DNA of 64,000 nucleotides from an uncultured Gammaproteobacteria bacterium (GTDB lineage Bacteria; Pseudomonadota; Gammaproteobacteria; UBA6002): NCBI GenBank assembly GCA_963705725.1, contig CAVPKM010000009.1, positions 32,001 to 96,000 of the forward strand, read 5' to 3'. Shown piece by piece: positions 60,814 to 64,000 of this stretch (position 1 is its first letter; each line of letters starts with the position of its first letter). The notes under the pieces were generated by a model. It saw only the letters and a program-made list of their open reading frames with translations, ran no database searches and was not told where the DNA came from. The position numbers and the translations under genes were made by a program.

Positions 60814-62330
60814 GAGGCTATAAAATTTTTTGTGTAACTGGATTTAGTCAGTATAAACTAACTGAAACAAGGAGTACTGACTATGGCGACAAAACTCACT
60901 TCATTTGATCCGCAAATGATAGATAATTTGATTAAGGACTGCAAAACCCAAGAAGATATGTTTGGCGAAGGAGGTCTTCTGAAAAACTTGACGAAGGCAC
61001 TTTTGGAAAGGGCCATGCAAGGAGAGATGAGCAGCCACTTGGGCTACGAGAAAAATGAGGCTAAAGGTAAGAATAGCGGCAATTCTCGAAATGGATATTC
61101 AGAAAAAACTTTAAAGGGCGAAAATGGCGAATTTACTATCCAGGTACCCAGAGATCGAAATGCAGATTTTTCTCCCCAGATTGTTGCTAAGAACCAAACG
61201 CGTTTTGAAGGGTTTGATGACAAAATCATCAGCCTTTATGCGAGAGGGATGACGACACGTGATATACAGGGGCAATTGCAAGAGCTCTATGGGGTAGAAG
61301 TCTCTCCTACTTTCATTTCCAATGTGACCAACGAAGTCATTGAGGAAGTGAAAACTTGGCAGTGTCGTCCCTTGGATAAACTTTATCCCATTGTTTACTT
61401 TGATGCCTTAATGATCAAAGTTAAAGAAGATAAGCGAGTGATTAACAAAGCCTTTTATCTTGCTTTGGGTGTAGATCTTGAAGGGCAAAAAGAATTACTG
61501 GGAATTTGGATTAGCCAAACGGAAAGTTCAAAATTTTGGCTCAATGTGTTATCTGAATTGCAGCATCGTGGTGTGGGAGATATTTTGATTGCTTGCGTTG
61601 ATGGCCTTACGGGCTTTCCTGATGCCATTTCAACGGTATTTCCCAAGACCCAGGTTCAACTTTGCATTGTTCATATGATTCGAAATTCACTACGCTATGT
61701 TCCTTGGAAAAGCCGTAAGCAAGTGGCGGCGGATTTAAAAACGATTTATGGCGCAAAGACACTCGATGAAGCCGAATTATGTCTCGCTACTTTTTCCGAG
61801 AAGTGGGACGAGCATTACCCTTCTATCAGTAAAAGTTGGCTGACTCACTGGGAAAATGTCACGCCTTTTTTTGGCTACTCTTCTGAAATTCGTCGCGCGA
61901 TTTATACTACGAATGCAGTTGAATCCGTGAATATGAGCCTTCGGAAGGTTATTAAAAGTAAGCGCGTTTTTCCTTCGGATGATGCGGCTTTGAAGCAGCT
62001 ATATTTAGCGCTTAAAAATATTTCAAAAAAATGGACAATGCCAATACGAAATTGGGGTGATGCCATGAATCGTTTTATGATCCTGTTCGAAGACAGGCTA
62101 AAAGGAGCGATTTAGTTTAAGAACTGATTTAAAATTTTGTGCCTTCGATCGCCTGTGGATATATGCACAAACTGACTCGTTGCACTCGTCAGTATTGCGC
62201 ACATACCCACAGGCACAATAATTTTATTTGTTTATTTAAAAAATTTTTGTTATTTTAATTTCGCTATCTGGAATTCGGTAGCAAAAAATCTGCTGACTCA
62301 ACCTGCTTACACAAAATTATTTACGCTACC
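60814..62330 (+). mobile_element. IS256-family insertion sequence (1517 bp)
   Basis: Imperfect TIRs GAGGCTATAAAATTTTTTGTGTAA / GGTAGCGTAAATAATTTTGTGTAA; perfect 8-bp TSD GCTTCGAA (60806-60813, 62331-62338). Confidence 0.97.
60883..62115 (+). CDS. IS256-family (Mutator-like) transposase
   Basis: NSRNGY, VPRDR, YARGMTTRDI, DGLTGF, QLCIVHMIRNS, IYTTNAVES. Confidence 0.98.
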   Translation: MATKLTSFDPQMIDNLIKDCKTQEDMFGEGGLLKNLTKALLERAMQGEMSSHLGYEKNEAKGKNSGNSRNGYSEKTLKGENGEFTIQVPRDRNADFSPQIVAKNQTRFEGFDDKIISLYARGMTTRDIQGQLQELYGVEVSPTFISNVTNEVIEEVKTWQCRPLDKLYPIVYFDALMIKVKEDKRVINKAFYLALGVDLEGQKELLGIWISQTESSKFWLNVLSELQHRGVGDILIACVDGLTGFPDAISTVFPKTQVQLCIVHMIRNSLRYVPWKSRKQVAADLKTIYGAKTLDEAELCLATFSEKWDEHYPSISKSWLTHWENVTPFFGYSSEIRRAIYTTNAVESVNMSLRKVIKSKRVFPSDDAALKQLYLALKNISKKWTMPIRNWGDAMNRFMILFEDRLKGAI

Positions 62331-63188
62331 GCTTCGAATGCTCCGGCCGTTTCTAAGTAATTATCATCTTCTGCCGCCATCAAAAATTCATTCATCGCTT
62401 CTTCATATCTACCCTGTCTAAACAAAAAATTACCATAGTTCCTATGCGCAGCACCATCTTTTGCATTTAACCTCAGTGCTTTTTTATAATTTATTTGCGC
62501 TTTTAAAAATTCACCGACTCTTTCATAGAAGTATCCTTTTACGTACCAAACAGCTGGATTAATCGAATCAATTGTTTGCAATTCCAAAAGAATGCGTTTC
62601 GCTTCTTGAAAATCTCCCTCTTCTAAATAAGCCATCACCAATTTTATATCTGCTTCCACTAATTTTGTTTTTTTACTAGCTATCATTATTGTCGAATCTG
62701 AAAAAGAATGACATCCAACCAGGAGTAAAATTAACATTCCCCTTAGAATATTTACTATCTGCATTATTCATCTCATTGTATATTTATTGACGCAGTGATC
62801 TGAAATTTTTACAAGCTTTTAAAATTAAACAAGACAGTAATTTATAAGGTAAGGAAATAAATTAAAAATACCGTACAATTAAATTATATTTGATAAGCGT
62901 AATTAACTTATGAAGATCAGTGTTGTGTGCATTTTATTTTTATTCACGTTTTCAGCACGAAGTGAAATTTATGAAATTCGACGTAGCTATCGTAATCTTT
63001 ATTCCGATCGGATCACCCAAGCAGATAGATATCATATTTTTCAGAATTTTTTTCAAGTTAACTTAACAACAGATACAAGAAAAAATAAAAATTCAGCGGA
63101 TCACCATCAATCTAATTCTGCAATCAAACATTGACAGCACCCTATTCACATGTTAATTAAAATGGCTAGTCATCAATTAAGGTTTTGT

Positions 63189-63986
63189 ATGCAACCCATC
63201 ATGAATATTGCAATTACTGCTGCACGCAATGCAAGTCGCATTATTGTTCGATCAATTGGACGAATTGAAACACAGCATATTTCAGAAAAAGAAAAAAATG
63301 ATTATGTTACAGAAGTAGATAAGGCATCTGAAAAAGAAATTATCGCTACTATTAAGAAAAGCTATCCTGATCACCATATTATTGCCGAAGAAAGCGGCAC
63401 GCTTGCGGGTAATGAAAATTTTACTTGGATTATTGATCCTCTAGATGGCACCACTAACTATATTCATCAAATTCCTCATTATGCTATTTCTATTGCTTTT
63501 CAATATAAGGGCAAGCTTGAACACGGTGTCATTTTTGACCCTATTCGCAATGAGTTATTTATGGCCAGCCGAGGCGAAGGCGCACGCTTGAATGATCGTC
63601 GTCTACGTGTAAGCAACAATGACAACTTAGAACGTGCTTTTATTAGTACTGGCTTCCCTTTTAAAAATCCCAATCAATTCCCCATCTATCTCAAACTTTT
63701 TGAACAAATTCTTCCAAAGGTAGGCGGCATGCGAAGATCAGGATCTGCAGCACTTGACCTTGCCTATGTAGCGGCAGGCCGATTTGATGCTTTCTTCGAA
63801 CTTAATTTAAAAAAATGGGACTTAGCCGCAGGTATATTAATGATTAAAGAAGCTGGTGGTTTAATGAGTGATCTACAAGGTGAAGAACATTATTTCAATA
63901 ACGGCAATATCATTGCAGGCAATCCAAAAATGTTTAAATCTCTATTGCAAATTATTCGTAGAGTGATGAATTCCGAATCTGAATAA
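63189..63986 (+). CDS. suhB: Inositol monophosphatase family protein SuhB
   Basis: WIIDPLDGTTN, RRSGSAALDLAYVAAGRFD, WDLAAG. Confidence 0.97.
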   Translation: MQPIMNIAITAARNASRIIVRSIGRIETQHISEKEKNDYVTEVDKASEKEIIATIKKSYPDHHIIAEESGTLAGNENFTWIIDPLDGTTNYIHQIPHYAISIAFQYKGKLEHGVIFDPIRNELFMASRGEGARLNDRRLRVSNNDNLERAFISTGFPFKNPNQFPIYLKLFEQILPKVGGMRRSGSAALDLAYVAAGRFDAFFELNLKKWDLAAGILMIKEAGGLMSDLQGEEHYFNNGNIIAGNPKMFKSLLQIIRRVMNSESE

Positions 63987-64000
63987 ATTATGGGTTTTCA

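Larger units (their letters stand above)
60676..62764 (-). pseudogene. pilW: Type IV pilus pilotin PilW/PilF (TPR lipoprotein) interrupted by IS256
   Basis: Lipobox LVGC and TPRs at 62764-62331; removing the IS and one TSD copy restores in-frame AFEAAGRCALKKMNYPLARYYLFKALEYDP...* ending at 60676 (187 aa). Confidence 0.85.

Noticed and set aside
541-61646. Numerous 60-140 aa ORFs overlapping or antisense to long genes (e.g. 32894-33316, 31110-31490, 53620-53952, 56738-57067)
   Set aside because: They are shadow frames of well-supported genes and carry no recognisable motifs.
62910-63134. 74-aa ORF with a signal-peptide-like start upstream of suhB
   Set aside because: No recognisable family or clear RBS; it may be real or a fragment but cannot be supported.

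Overview
AT-rich gammaproteobacterial chromosome segment. Gene content and organisation suggest a host-associated Legionellales/Coxiellaceae-like organism (inference). A housekeeping backbone (gltA, thiL-nusB-nrdR-glyA, radA, hemB, purL, putA, ppa-tadA-guaAB, xseA, der-yfgM-hisS-rlmN-ndk-iscU-iscS-trmJ, pilABC, suhB) is interspersed with large eukaryote-like, effector-like genes. Main observations: (1) four genes with three different architectures (two U-box-like/ankyrin paralogs, an ankyrin protein with a DUF3626-like core, an RCC1-repeat protein) all end in the prenylation-type tail S-C-(L/F)-V-M-stop, and three have a PmrA-box-like direct repeat 44-49 bp upstream of the start; (2) a 2000-aa LRR + transglutaminase-like + tandem midasin-like AAA+ protein; (3) a 1996-aa GTPase/coiled-coil/ankyrin protein with a possible dead protease module; (4) a non-autonomous palindromic MITE family (GTAAC...GTTAC ends, 8-9 bp target duplications, RPE-like core) in three full and several collapsed copies; (5) an IS256-family element with an 8-bp TSD splitting pilW/pilF; (6) decay signs: truncated proA, a deleted AlbA_2 gene, a possible Fic-module remnant, and 1-nt frameshifts in glyA and in a shikimate-kinase-LuxR gene. 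No rRNA, tRNA or CRISPR array was recognised. All family assignments come from motif recognition by eye, not database searches.
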